Source of the DNA: Heterodontus francisci
Taxonomy: Eukaryota
Assembly: GCF_036365525.1 (NCBI RefSeq)
Contig: NC_090399.1
Coordinates: 49,446,430-49,510,429 of the forward strand
Direction: 5' to 3'
DNA: 64,000 nucleotides
Both the position numbers and the translations under genes were made by a program. Position 1 is the stretch's first letter. Each line of letters begins with the position of its first letter. Positions 1 to 12,953 of this stretch are shown in pieces. The notes under the pieces were generated by a model. The model was not told the origin of the DNA, did not search any database, and saw only the letters and a program-made list of their open reading frames with translations.

Positions 1-574
1 TAGCTACTGTCTCTGGACTGAGCTTTGCGGAAAACATTCCCTTTACTTTGAAAATGAACACCTGGAAATGGTTTACAACACAGCGTGGTTCTGCCATGTA
101 CAGACGCCCTCCACGAATTTACCTGTATTGGTCGCATACTTCTTCTTTGACATTACCTTAACACCATTACTACCATTTTTGCTCATCTTGCTGCTCAATA
201 TACTGACCATCAGGCATATCGTACGAGTCAGTAGAGTGAGGAGGGGACTTGGGGGAAATAATAATCACGAGGATCACAATGATCCAGAGATGGAGAACCG
301 AAGGAAATCCATCATATTACTGCTCGCCATCTCTAACTGTTTTATATTGTTGTGGCTGGTAACATCCGTACATTTCATCTGAACACACTTTGCAGGTATT
401 CGGTTTATATTCACAAATTACAATGATCCATTTACCAGCGTGGAGCACACTGGATATATGCTTCAGCGTTTGAGTTCATGTACAAACACATTTATCTATG
501 CAGTAGCTCAGGCTAAATTCAGAGAGGAATTGAAGAATATCGTTAAATATCCCTGCACTTTAATTATTATGTGA
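1..574 (+). pseudogene. GPR139/GPR142-like orphan class A GPCR, copy A1 (3' part of exon 2; pseudogene, window-truncated)
   Basis: Colinear and highly similar to 58845-59418. One A is missing at about 42 (CCC-TTTAC vs CCCATTTAC in copy A2), giving a frameshift. TGC(Cys) has become TGA at 380-382. The downstream frame continues through TM7 (LSSCTNTFIYAVAQAKFREEL) to the ancestral stop at 572-574. Confidence 0.9.
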
Positions 575-642
575 GTGATTTCACAAAATTGAAGCTCAAT
601 GTCATCTAATCTCAGCGCATTGATATAACATGTTTGTTTTCA

Positions 643-687
643 TCTTTCTATCTCTCTCTCTCTCTCTTTCTGTCCCTCTCTCCCTCT
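643..687. repeat. (CT)n microsatellite downstream of the GPCR stop; homologous tracts at about 41325-41352 and 59490-59535
   Basis: Directly visible TC dinucleotide run at a similar position after all three GPCR copies. Confidence 0.85.
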
Positions 688-1189
688 ACATGTTACTATT
701 TAGGAGAGCAAATTTACAGAAGGAAGGTCACATGACTGAATCCAGTTAAAGGGCTCCAGGGTGAAATTAATCTCGGGCAGGTGGCAGATCAATGTCCCGT
801 TCTATAATTTTTTCCATTGCATTCAATGCTGTAATATTTACATTTTGTGAGAGTGTGAAATTGGCGATGTATCAGATCGGTAACCCGTTGCACACCTCTC
901 CCAGTGTTCTTTTCCAATTGGCAGGGCAATCGGAAGCGATGCATAATGGCAACTGAGCCGATAGCACCTGTTAAACTCCAGCAAATGTTAAAGTTAGGAC
1001 CTTGGATAAAACGGACTGCCTTTCCACTATCCCACATCATACACCCGTGCCCAATACCAATTTACACCTATTGAGTTTCCAACTCTTTATTTAGCCACAG
1101 AAAATCCCGAAATAGTATCTTAATACACAGCTGAAACACACTAATATTGCAGACAATTACTTTCGGAGTGCACTGCTGTGTGAAAACAC

Positions 1190-1430
1190 GTCAGCCATTC
1201 TGCACTGACATCCTACAAAACAGTCATGTACAACTGTCTGGTCAAATGCAGTTGGGTGCTGAATGGAGGGGTAAGTTTGGTCAGAATGCTATTGAGAACT
1301 TGTTGCTTTTCTTCAAACGGCGCCATGGAAACAGACAGGTGGGATTTTGGTTTAATGTCTCACCAGAGGAATGACACCCTCCAACATTCATTCAAACCTA
1401 CCGGCATATTAATTTCATGAGACTCTCAAA
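1190..1430 (-). mobile_element. Ancient Deu-domain SINE remnant (AmnSINE1/SacSINE1-like)
   Basis: Reverse complement reads TTGGAGGGTGTCATTCCTCTGGTGAGACATTAAACCAAAATCCCACC...CCATGGCGCCGTTTGAAGAAAAGCAACAAGTTCTC, matching my recollection of the Deu core (GGAGGTGCCGTCTTTCGGATGAGACGTTAAACCGAGG...CCCATGGCACTATTTGAAGAAGAGCAGG). It recurs at about 15990-16110, 21165-21290, 41990-42120 and 60140-60270 as part of the duplicated unit. Confidence 0.6.
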
Positions 1431-1691
1431 GCGTTTCTCCGCACACAACCTCCATTTGAGACGGTATTTATGTACAACTGTACAGCCAGGCATTTTAATT
1501 TCCCACAAGTGATCAATACTTTTAAATATTGAAAATGTGTTGGGGTTGGAGAGAACGTTTAATAATTTTACAGAATAAGACGCATCTGGATGCTCACTAA
1601 GATCGTCAAGATTACTTTTAACATAATTCCAGAAAAATGTGGATTAAAATGTGGATATTAAAAATGAACAGATTCGAAGTCAGTTTTGAAT

Positions 1692-2100
1692 GGAGACGGT
1701 GGCTTAGTGGTGACATTATTGAACTAGTAATCCAGAAGCCCACGCTGATGCCCTGGTGACACCGGATAAAATCTCACCAAGACCAGGACAGGTGGTGGAA
1801 TTTCAATTCAATCAATTAATAATTTAAAACACTGGAATTGAAATCTAGTTTCATTAATAGTGCCATGAAACTTGCATCAATTGTCGTAAAAATCAATCTG
1901 GTTCATCAATATCCTTCAGGGAGGGACATATCTGCCATCCCACCTGATCTGGCCCACATGTGAGTTCAGACACAATGCCATACGGGTTTGCACACTGCCC
2001 TCTGAAATGGTCCAGCAAGTCACACAGTTGTTAAGTACAGTTAGAGATGGGCAACAAATGCTGACCTTGCCAGTGAAGCCCACATCCCATGAAAAACAAA
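1692..2100 (+). mobile_element. tRNA-derived SINE with LINE-derived 3' tail
   Basis: A-box-like head GGTGGCTTAGTGG and 3' end ...GCCCACATCCCATGAAAAA. Absent from the paralogous flanks at about 16365, 21555 and 42380; homologous insertion at 60547-60925. Confidence 0.8.
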
Positions 2101-2301
2101 TCAAGTAAGTGGGAGTGTTTCCTATGAAGCAACCCATCCGAGTGCTCCTTTTCTGGTTTTGATTTTGGGATACGTTTTGACCAAGGACTGGGGAAAACTA
2201 AGGAATTTAACGTGACACAGAACAAAAAGATGACTCTTGAGGCACTGTGTCGCTCCATCACTTGCTCCGAGGCAAAGTGCCTTTTTTCAGTGAGACATCA
2301 G

Positions 2302-5300
2302 CTCTTACCTTCTTGAGCGGAGAGGAGTGGGGCGGGCCTGTGGGGAGAACGACTAGAACGGAGCCTATAAATCGAACCTGAGGATCGAGGCCCAGTCTCT
2401 TACCTTCTGGGAGAGGAGTGGAGCGGACCTGTGGGGAGAACACCGAAAGCGGAGCCGAGAAATCGAACCCAAGGATCGAAGCCCAGTCTGTTACCTTCCA
2501 GGAGAGGAGAACAGTCGGACCTCTTGCAGCCGCTGGAGTTTTGAAAAGAAAAAGCGAACAGTGATGTCACATGCGAGCTGCAAGGTGATTGGTTGGTGAG
2601 TCATTGCTGTTTGGAAATAGCTCCAAAAAGCTGGGTAAGTATCTCAGGTAAGAAAAGGTTAAAAGTTTAAAGTTTCTTTCAAATATAGTAAGTAGTGTTT
2701 TTTGAGGGAGTTCTGTAGTAATGAGGACCAGAGAAGAAGGGCCCTAGAGTAACTGATATTATTGGACATTAAGATCTTCTGGAAGGTTTAATTTAATTTA
2801 CAGGGTTAAGTCATGGCAGGAGAGCTCAAAGCCGTGGTGTGCTCCTCGTGCTCCATGTCAGAAACCAGGAAGATTTCCAGTGCCCAGGACCAGCATATCT
2901 GCAGGAAGTGTATCCAGCTGAAGCTCCTGGAAGCCCGGGTTTCAGAGCTGGAGCGGTAGCTGGGGTCACTGTGGAGCATCCACGAGGTGGAGAGTATTGT
3001 GGATAACACGTATAGAAAGGTGGTCACACGGCAGTCTCAGATCCCACTGGCAGGAAGGAAATGGGTGACCACCAGGCAGAGGACTAGGCAGGCAGTTCAG
3101 GAATCTCCTGTGGCTATTCCCCTTCAAAGCAGGTATACTGCTTTGGATACTGTTGGGGAGAATGGCCTCTCAGGGGAAAGCAGCAACAGCCCAATTCGTT
3201 GCACCATAGTTGGCTCTGCTGCACAGAGGAGGAGTAAAAAGTGTGGGAATGCAATAGTTATAGGGAATTCAATTGTAAGGGGAATAGGTAGGCGTTTCTG
3301 TGGCTGCAAAAGGGACTCCAGGATGACATGTTACCTCCCTGGTGCTAGGTCAAGGATGTCTCAGAGCGGTTACAGGATATTCTGAAGGGGGAGGATGAAA
3401 GCTAGTGATCGTGGTACACATTGGTACAACCAACATAGGTGAAAAAAAGGATGAGGTCCTAATAGCAGAACATAGGGAGCTAGGAATTAAGTTGAAAAGT
3501 AGGACCTCAAATGAAGTGATCTCAGGATTACTCCCAGTGCTATGTGCTAGTCAGAGTCGAAATAGTAGGAGATATCAGATAAATAAGTGGTTGAAGAGAT
3601 GGTGTGAGGGGGAAGGTTTTAGATTCCTGGGGCATTGGGACCTGTTCTGGGGGAGTTGGGACCAGTACAAATTGGCAGGAACAGGACTGATGTCCTGGGG
3701 GAGGGGGGGAGGTGGTATTTGTTAGAGTGATTGGGGAGGGTTTAAACTAAAATGGAAGGGAAAAGGGAACATGTGGAAGGAGCCAGAGGAGGGGGGAAAT
3801 CAAAGACAAGAACAAAGACAGTAAGGGAAATAAGAAAAGTGATAGGCGGAGAGATCAAGGGCCAGAATCAAACAGGGCCACAGTGAAAATTAGTGGGAAG
3901 AGGAAAAGTAATGTTAAAAAGACAAGCCTTAAGGCTTTGGGCCTTAACGTGCAGAGCATTCACAATAAAGTGGATGAATTAATCATGCAAATAGATGTAA
4001 ACAGGTATGATATAGTTGGGATTACAGAGACATGGCTGCAAGGTGACCGGGAATGGGAAATGTACATCCAGGGATATTCAGTATTTAGGATGGACTGACA
4101 AAAAGCAAAAGGTGGTGGAGTTGCATTGCAGGGTAAAGAGGATACTAACGCAATACTGAGGAAAGATATTAGGTCTAACGATGTGGAATCTGTATTGGTA
4201 GAGCTGAGAAACACTCAGGGGTAAAAAACGTTAGTAGAGGTTGGCTATAGACCCTCAAACTATAGTTGTGATGTTGGGAATAACATTAAACAGGAAATTA
4301 GAGATACATGTGATAAAGGAACATCTGTAATTATGGGTGACTTTAATTGGCATATTCATTGGGCGAGTCAAATTAGTCACAATACCACAGAGGAGGAATT
4401 CTGAACTAATACATTGATGAACCAACTAGAGAACAGGCCATCCTCGACTGGCTATTGTGTAATGAGAGAGGAATAACTGACAATTTAGTGGTGCGACACC
4501 CATTGAGGATGAGCGACCATAATATGATAGAATTCTTCATCAATATGGAGAGTCACGTAGTTGATTCTGAGACAAGGTCCTGAATCTTAGTAACGGAAAC
4601 TACAAAGGTATGAGGTGCGGCTTGGCCATGACGAATTGGGAAATGTTACTTAAAGGGATGACGGTGGATAGGCAATGGCATACATTTAAAGAGCGCATGG
4701 ATGAACTGCAACAATTGTTTACCCCTGTCTGGCGCAAAAGTAAAACGGGAAAGGTAGCCAAACCATGGCTTACAAGGGAAATTTAAGATAGCAATAGATC
4801 CAAGGAAGAGACATATAAATTTGCCAGGAAAAATAACAGACCTGAGGATTGGGAGCAGTTTAGAATTCAGCAAAGGAAGACCAAGGGACTGATTAAGAAT
4901 GGGAAAATAGAGCATGAGAGCAAGGTTGCGTGGAACATAAAAACTGATTGTAAAAGTTTATATAGGTATGTGAAGAGAAAAATATTGGTGAAGACAAATG
5001 TAGGTCCCTTACTGTCATAGAGACATAGAATCGAACAGCATAGAAACAGGCCCTTCGGCCCACCACGCCCATGCCGACCACGATGCCGATCTGTACTAAT
5101 CCCATCTGCCTGCATTAATTCCATATCCCTCTATGCCTTGCTCATTCAAGTACCTGTCAAGATGCCTCTTAAACAGGGGAGTTTATTATGGGGAATAAAG
5201 AAATGGCTGACCAACTAAATGCATACTTTGGTTCTGTCTTCACAAAGGAGGACACAAATAACATCACAGAAAAGTTGGGGAACATAGGGTTGAGTTAGAG

Positions 5301-6954
5301 AGAGGAAGTGAAAGCAATCAGTATTAGTAGAGAAATGGTGCTGAGGAAATCGATGGGATTGAAGACTGATGAATCCCCAGGGCCTGATAGTTTGTATCCC
5401 AGAGTACTAAAGGAAGTGGCCCTAGAAATATTGGATGCATTGGTGGTCATCTTCCAAGATTCTATAGACTCTGGAACAGTTCCTACAGATTGGAGGTTAG
5501 CTAATGTAACCCCACTATTTAAAAGGGGAGGTAGCGAGAAAGCAGGGAATTATTGACAAGTCAGCGTGAGGTCGGTAGTGGGCAAAATTCTAGAGCCCAT
5601 AATCAAAGATTTTATAGCAGAGCACTTAGAGAACAGTGGTAGAACCGGGCACAGACAGCGTGGATTTGCCAAAGGGAAATCATGCTTGGCAAATCTACTA
5701 GAATTCTTCGATGATGTAACTAGTAGAGTTGATGATGGGGAACCAGTGGATGTGCTTTATTTGGTCTTTCAAAGGCTTTCGACAAAGTCCCACATAAGAG
5801 ATTAGCATGTAACATTAAAGCACATGGGATTAGGGGTAGTGTATTGCGATGGATAGAAAATTGGTTGGCAGACAGGAAACAAACAGTAAGGCTAAATGGG
5901 TCTTTTTCCGAAAGTCAGGCAATGACTAGTGGGGTACCACAGAGATCTGTGCTAGAACCTCAGCTATTCACAATATACATTACTGATTTAGATGAGGGAA
6001 CTAAAGGTAATATCTCCAAATTTGCAAATGACACAAAACTGGGTGGGAGGGTGAGCTGTGAGGAGGATGCAGAGAGGCTTCAGGATGATTTGGACAAGTT
6101 GAGTGAGTGGGATAATGCATGGTAGATGCAGCATGATGTGGATAAATGTGAGGTTATCCACTTTGGTAGCAAAAACAAGAAGGCAGATTATTATCTGAGC
6201 GACTATAAACTGAGAGAGGAGAGGATGCAACGAGACCTTGGTGTTCTCGTACACCAGTCACAGAAGGTAAGCATGCAGGTGCAACAGGTGTTAAAAAAGG
6301 GCAAATGGTATGCTGGCCTTCATAGCGAGAGGATTCGAGTACAGAAGCAGGGATGTCTTGTTGCAATTATACAGGGCCTTGGTGAGGCCACACCTGGAAT
6401 ATTGTGTGCAGTTTTGGTCTCCTTATCTGAGGAAGAATGTTCTTGCTGCAGAGAGAGTGCGGCAAAGGTTTACCAGACTGATTCCTGGGATAGTGGGACT
6501 GATGTATGAGGAGACATTGAGTCGGTAAGGACTATACTCGCTGGAGTTCAGAAGATTGGATAGGGAAGCTCATAGAAACCTATAAAATTCTAACAGTACT
6601 TGACAGGGTAAATGCAGGAAGGATGTTCCCAATGGTGGGGGAGTCCAGAACCAGAGGTCAAGGTCCAAGGATACGGGTTAAACCTTTCAGGGCAGAGATC
6701 AGGAGAAATTTCTTCACCCAGACAGTGGTGAGCCTGTGGAATTCGCTACCACAGAAAGCAGTTGAGGCCAAAACATTGTATATTGTCAAAAAGGACTTAG
6801 ATATAGGTCTTGGGTCTAAACGGATCAAAGGGTATGGGGCGAAAGCGGGAGCAGGCTACTGAGTTGGATGACAAGCCAGGATCATAATGAACGGCGGAGC
6901 AGACTCGAAGGGCCGAATGGCCTACTCCTGCTCCTATTTTGTATGTTGCTATGT
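2302..6954 (+). mobile_element. Apparently full-length but degraded CR1 LINE (5' UTR, ORF1 zinc-finger/leucine-zipper + SGNH esterase, ORF2 APE endonuclease + RT)
   Basis: ORF1 from ATG at 2813 (VVCSSC...HICRKCIQLKLLEARVSELE; VIGNSIVRG; VVHIGT). ORF2 fragments include ITETWL, SPGPDSLYPRVLKE, GVPQRSVL and FANDTKLGG. CR1 3' hairpin and TATGTT tail. Empty site in the paralog at about 61125-61135. Confidence 0.95.
5016..5172 (-). mobile_element. Short 3'-end CR1 fragment inserted antisense into the 2302-6954 CR1
   Basis: Reverse complement carries GTGGGCCGAAGGGCCTGTTTCTATGCTG and a CTATG-type tail. It interrupts the host ORF2 between GGTCCCTTACTGTCA and AAACAGGGGAG. Confidence 0.8.
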
Positions 6955-7109
6955 AACCCTGGGGCAGATTTAACATCACAGCTTTATAAAACTCAACCAC
7001 GGCACCTGCGGGATATTGAAATGCACTTAATTAATTAATTAATCTGGTATAATAATAATCATGAAACTACCGGATTGTCAGGGGAAAAAAACATTTATTT
7101 TGTTAGAAA

Positions 7110-7870
7110 GGGCTTGCTGAATTGAGTTAGAGGCTGTGGTCAACAAGGCTGCGAAGTCACTAACTGCAGATGCTGAAGGAGGAAGGTCGTGAGTATTTAG
7201 GATAATAGTGGTAGAACAAGCTGAGCTGGTGAAAGGAGCAGATGGTGCCAGATGACTATGGGGACAGATCAAGTTGAAATTGAGGGAAAGGGCCACATCA
7301 CCCACAACAGCTTGGGCTGCACAGTTGTTGGAAGGTGCAACCATGCAGGAAGGCTACAGTAAGAGGGAAGATATCATCACCTATGTGTCAAATTCGCAAA
7401 CAGGCCATGATATCAATGCAGTCGTCCTCAATAAGTTCAAGGGTATCAAGGGGTTTCTTGTAAGTGATTGGACGTTCTGGAGCCGAGGAGTAATGTTTGT
7501 TGATCAACTGACAGCGTCCAGCGGGTATCTACTGCGTGGGATGAGAGGATGGGAAGGCATTTGGCATGCTTACCCGGCAGTCCGCGTGCTAGGCGGGAAG
7601 ATTAATGAGAGAATAGGACAGGGGAGCGGTACGTGTGCTCATGAGACAGCAACTAGCGAATTGTCAGGCCTTCAGAGAATATAACCAGAGCTTAAGTGGG
7701 AATCTTTCACATTTTCAAGAGACCATCACATCCGGGATGTAGCAGGAGGGCAGGTCGTCCAGGAATAGGAAAGGAATGGGATAGGAATTAGGGTAAAGGA
7801 TGATCAAAGTACTGCCACTAGAGAAACCAACGGGAGGCACAACTAGTTAACAGAAAATTAAGGAGACAGG
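7110..7870 (-). mobile_element. Old LINE remnant (probably the 5' part of the L2 element shared by the repeat units)
   Basis: Homologous to about 17630-18110 and 45410-46140, which are contiguous with recognisable L2 RT sequence in the other units. Confidence 0.5.
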
Positions 7871-9290
7871 AGAGGATAACCTGAGGGGTAGAGAGGAAGG
7901 AAATATAAATAAGTGATAGAAGTGATAAGCTCTGGGCCGGAGAAGAAACTAAAATAAGCATGCAAACTGACATAGGTAAATTCAGATTGCATGTGCTTGG
8001 GCAAAGAATTAGGATAGGTATGAGAAAGATAAAGAGACACGAAGAGATAGATCAAAGTTACAATGAAAGGACTCGCTGTGGGATTAAGTTGGTTTGCTCA
8101 TAGAGTGCAGGCAGTTTGGACTACTGTCACACTCATGTCCAGATTCGGAGACAGGTGTGGAGGGCGAGTGAATGTGTTTGAGGTTCAGGGTATCAGTGGG
8201 CGCACAACTAGAGGTGTTGCTTTGGGAAATCGTTCCATTGGCAGGCAGCATGGACTGGATGTAAATTATGCACAGTTCAAAAAGGCATAATTTGATCTTT
8301 TGTCCCAACTAGCTCAATAAGACACATGCCAATTTCTACATCCACAGACGTGTATTCAGACCTGTTCTTCTTATCTGCTTATTCTTTTATTACAAAATTC
8401 CATCACAATTAACTGTCATTGTTTTGTTCTTCGTTAAAACAGAATTTATGTGCTCATATTCACCATTTCCACAATGGGATTCTGTTTGTCCCCAACATTC
8501 TGCCGTGAATGATATTTCTTCTTGGTCAACGGTCCTGTAATTGAATTTAAGGCCCTTTTCAATGTCAGTTGTTTATCCTCTCCAATGTTTTATCGAAAGC
8601 TTTTTCTTTTCTTTATTCATGACCTATTTTCGTGAGCTCTTGCTGAACAATGCAGTGGTACTACTGCATGCTTTCCAACGTAAGAGAAAGTCATTTCATT
8701 CGAATTGAACCAGTACAAGTATATTCATTTTCCTTCGATTTACAACTACCTTTAAATAATATAATTATATTTAGCAAATTCACAATACAACTACTTGAAG
8801 CTACACAATATACACGATAAAAATAATTATGCACCAAAATATTCTCCTCAATCCATACACGAGACAGTAAAATAGCAGATTGAGCACAACACGTCTGCAA
8901 ATTGTCCTTGTTAGAATGCAGGTCACTAGTTGAGGAGGCCATATCAGACGCAGCCATGACTACTTGGAATACATCCAGCACTTACAGGCACCTAGGGAAA
9001 GATCAGGTTTTTTTTCACTACTGTGATCAAATATTAATAGACAAATTATTTAATATCTAATAGATAGAGAAATAGCAGGGCTACTCCGACCTCTAGAGTG
9101 CACATTCTGTGATATGTGGGAACTCCAGGACACTTCGCATGTCCTGCATAAACATATGTGCAGCAGGTGTCATCAGTTGCAACATCTTGATTTCTGGGTA
9201 TTGGAACCTGAACAGTTGGCATCACTCTAGTGCATCCATGAAGTTGAGAGCATCACGGATAGCACGTTTATAGATGTTGTCACCCCATAG

Positions 9291-12200
9291 GGTGAGGAAA
9301 AGGGCTGCGGGGAGGATGAGCCAACTGACCACGGCACCGTGGTGCAGAGGCCATTCAAGAGGGGGGAGCAAAAAGACAAGTGGTAGTTATAGGGGATTCT
9401 ATAATTATGGGGATAGATAGAACCCTTTGCAAGCCGGATCGGGAGTCCCGCATGGTGTGTTGCCTGCCCGGTGCCAAGGTGCAGGACATCTCTGACCATC
9501 TTGAAAGCATATTGGAGCAGGATGGGGAGGATCCAGTTGTTGTGGTCCACGTTGGGACGAACAACATAGGCAAGGCTAGGATGGAGGACCTGTTTGGGGA
9601 TTATAAAGCACTAGGAACGAAATTAAGGAACAGGTCCTTGAGGGTCATAAGCTCCGGATTACTGTCCAAGCCACGTGCAAATTGGCTTAGGGATAAGAAA
9701 ATTAGGGAAGTAAACACGTGGCTAAGGGAGTGGTGTGGGAAAGCGGAGTTCCATTTCATGGGGCATTGGCATCAGTTTTGGAACCGGGGGGACCTGTACC
9801 GATGGGACGGTGTCCACCTGAACCGATCTGGAACCAGTGTTCTAGCGAAAAGGATAAATAGGGTGGTCTCTAGGACTTTAAACTAGTGACTCGGGGGGAA
9901 GGGAAAGGGAAAACGACAGGGAGTATGATGGTAAATAAAAAGGTAAACAGCAGGTTAACATGTGTGCAGGAGGGTTTAAGTTCGAGGCAGACTATGAAAG
10001 AAGCAGAAAGGAAGGATAACTCAGGAGTTACTATTAGAGATGTTGGAAATCATGAGGGTAAGAAAGCTAGCATAAAGGCACTTTACCTGAATGCTCGTAG
10101 CATTCGTAACAAGGTTGATGAGTTAACGGCACAAATCATCGCGAATGAATATGATTTGGTAGCCATTACGGAGACATGGTTACAGGTTGGTCACGACTGG
10201 GAGTTAAATATCCAGGGGTACCAGACTATTCGGAAGGACAGACAGGAAGGTAAGGGAGGTGGTGTAGCTCTGATATTCAAGGACGACATCAAGGCAGTGC
10301 TGAGAGATGATATAGGTTCTATGGAGAATGAGGTTGAATCTATTTGGGTGGAAATTAGAAACTCTAAGAAGAAAAAGTCATTGATAGGCATAGTCTATAG
10401 GCCACCAAATAATAACATCACATTGGGGCGGGCAATAAACAAAGAAATAACTAATGCCTGTAAAAATGGTACGGCAATTATCATGGGGGATTTTAATCTA
10501 CATGTAGATTGGTCGAACCAGCTCAGTCAGGGTAGCCTTGAGGAGGAGTTCGTTGAGTGTATCCATGATAGTTTTCTTGAACAGTATGTAATGGAACCGA
10601 CGAAGGAGCAAGCTATCCCAGATCTAGTCCTGTGTAATGAGACAGGAATAATTAATGACCTCATAGTTAGGGATCCTCTTGGAAGGAGTGATCACAGTAT
10701 GGTTGAATTTAGAATACAGATGGAGAGTGTGAAGATAAAATCCAATACCAGGGTCCTGCGGTAGAACAAGGGGAACTACAATAGAATGAGGGAGGACTTG
10801 GCTAAAGTAGACTGGAAACAAAGATTTTATGGTGGGACAGTTGACGAGCAGTGGAGGACTTTCAAAGCAATTTTTCAAAGTGCTCAGCAAAAGGATATTC
10901 CAGTGAAAAGGAAGGACTGGAAGAAAAGGGGTAATCTGCCATGGGTGTCTGAGGAAATAAGGGAGGCTATCAAATTGAAAGAGAAGGCATACAAAGTGGC
11001 CAAAAACAGCATGAAACTAGAAGATTGGGAAAACTTTAAAGGCCATAAAAAGAGCTATAAAGGAAAGTAAGATAGAACATGAGAAAAAACTAGCACAGAA
11101 TATAAAGACAGATAGCAAAAGTTTCTATAAATATATAAAACGAAAAAGAGTGGCTAAAGTAAACGTTGGTCCTTTAGAGGATGAGAAGGGGAATTTAGTT
11201 ATTGGATATGATGAAATGGCCGAGGCATTGAACAGGTATTTTGTATCGGTCTTCACAGTGGAGGACACTAATAAATTGACAAAGAGACGAACGTAGGTGA
11301 AGACCTGGAAACAATCATTATTACGGAAGAGGTAGTGTTGGGCAAGCTAATGGAGCTAAGGATTGATAAGTCTCCTGGCCCTGATGGAATGCATCCCAGG
11401 GTACTAAAAGAGATGGCGGGAGAAATAGCAGGTGCACTGGCGGTAATTTTCCAAAATTCGCTGGACTCTGGGGTAGTCCCAGCAGATTGGAAAACAGCAA
11501 ATGTGACGGCACTGTTTAAAAAGGGAGGTAGACAAAAGATGGGGAATTATAGACCGGTTAGCTTAACCTCTGTAGTGGGGAAGATGCTTAAGTCTATTAT
11601 CAAGGAAGAAATAGCAGGGCATCTCGATAGAAATTGTCCCATTGGGCAGACGCAGCATGGGTTCATGAAGGGCAGGTCATGCTTGACAAATCTTTTGGAA
11701 TTCTATGATGACATTACGAGCAAGGTGGACAATGGGGACCCAGTGGATGTGGTGTACCTAGATTTCCAAAAGGCCTTCGACAAGATGCCGCACAAGAGGC
11801 TGCTGAATAAGATAAGGATGCATGGCGTTAGGGGTAAAGTATTAGCATGGATAGAGGATTGGTTGACTAACAGGAAGCAGAGAGTGGGGATAAATGAGTG
11901 CTATTCTGGCTGGCAATCAGTCACTAGTGGTGTGCCTCAGGGATCGGTGTTGGGACCACAATTATTTACAATTTATATAGATGATTTGGAGTTGGGGACC
12001 ACGTGTATGGTGACAAAGTTTGCAGATGACACTAAGATGAGTGGCAGAGCAAAGTGTGCAGATGACTGTGAAACTTTGCAGAGGAACATAGATACATTGA
12101 GTGAGTGGGCAAAGGTCTGGCAGATGGAATACAATGTTAATAAATGTGAAGTCATTCATTTCGGTAGAAGTAACAATAAAAAGGATTCTTGCTTGAATGG

Positions 12201-12953
12201 TAAAAAGTTGCAGCATGCTGCTATGCAGAGGGACCTGGGTGTCCTTGTGCATGAATCGCAGAAGGTTGGTCTGCAGGTACAGCAAGTAATTAGGAAGGCA
12301 AATGGAATTTTGTCCCTCATTGCTCAAGGGATTGAGTTTAAAAGCAGAGAGGTTATGTTGCAGCTGTATAAGGTACTGGTGAGGCCGCACCTGGGGTACT
12401 GTGTGCAGTTTTGGTCTCCTTACTTGAGAAAGGATGTACAGGCACTGGAGGGGTGCAGAGGAGGTTCACTAGGTTGATTCCGGAGTTGAGGGGGTTGGCT
12501 TATGAGGAGAGACTGAGTAGATTGGGATTATATTCATTGGAATTCAGAAGAATGAGGGGGGATCTTATAGAAACATATAAAATTATGAAGGGAATAGATA
12601 AGATACAAGTAAAGAGGATGTTTCCACTAGCAGGTGAAGCTAGGACAAGAGGGCATAGCCTCAAGATTAGAGGGAGCAGATTTAGGACTGAATTGAGAAG
12701 GAACTTCTTCACCCAGAGGGTTGTTAATCTATGGAATTCCTTGCCCAGTGAAATAGTTGACGCTACTTCAGTAAACATTTTTAAAGCTAGGGTAGATATC
12801 TTTTTGAACAATAAAGGAATTAAGGGATACGGTGAGAGCGCGGGTACGAGGATCTGAGTCCAGGAAAAGATCAGCCATGATCTTATTGAATGGCGGAGCA
12901 GGCTTGAGGGGCTGGACGGCCTACTCCTGCTCCTAGTTCTTATGATCTTCTTA
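9291..12953 (+). mobile_element. Younger CR1 LINE, 5'-truncated within ORF1 (SGNH esterase), ORF2 with few lesions
   Basis: ORF 9380-9886 has VVIGDSII, VVVHVGTNN and DGVHLN. ORF2 pieces at 9886-10764, 10786-11070, 11335-12477 and 12411-12857 contain YLNARS, ITETWL, GDFN, GVPQGSVLGP and FADDTK. 3' hairpin and TTAT tail present. Confidence 0.95.

Noticed and set aside
380-382. TGA at a Cys position as selenocysteine or readthrough
   Set aside because: The same copy has an upstream frameshift, and no SECIS-like element was recognised; pseudogenisation is simpler.
2302-2523. Repeat array as CRISPR-like
   Set aside because: Tandem monomers without unique spacers, in vertebrate DNA, at the head of a LINE.
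9380-9886. SGNH/GDSL esterase as a host or horizontally acquired enzyme
   Set aside because: This is the known esterase domain of CR1 ORF1, lying directly upstream of ORF2.
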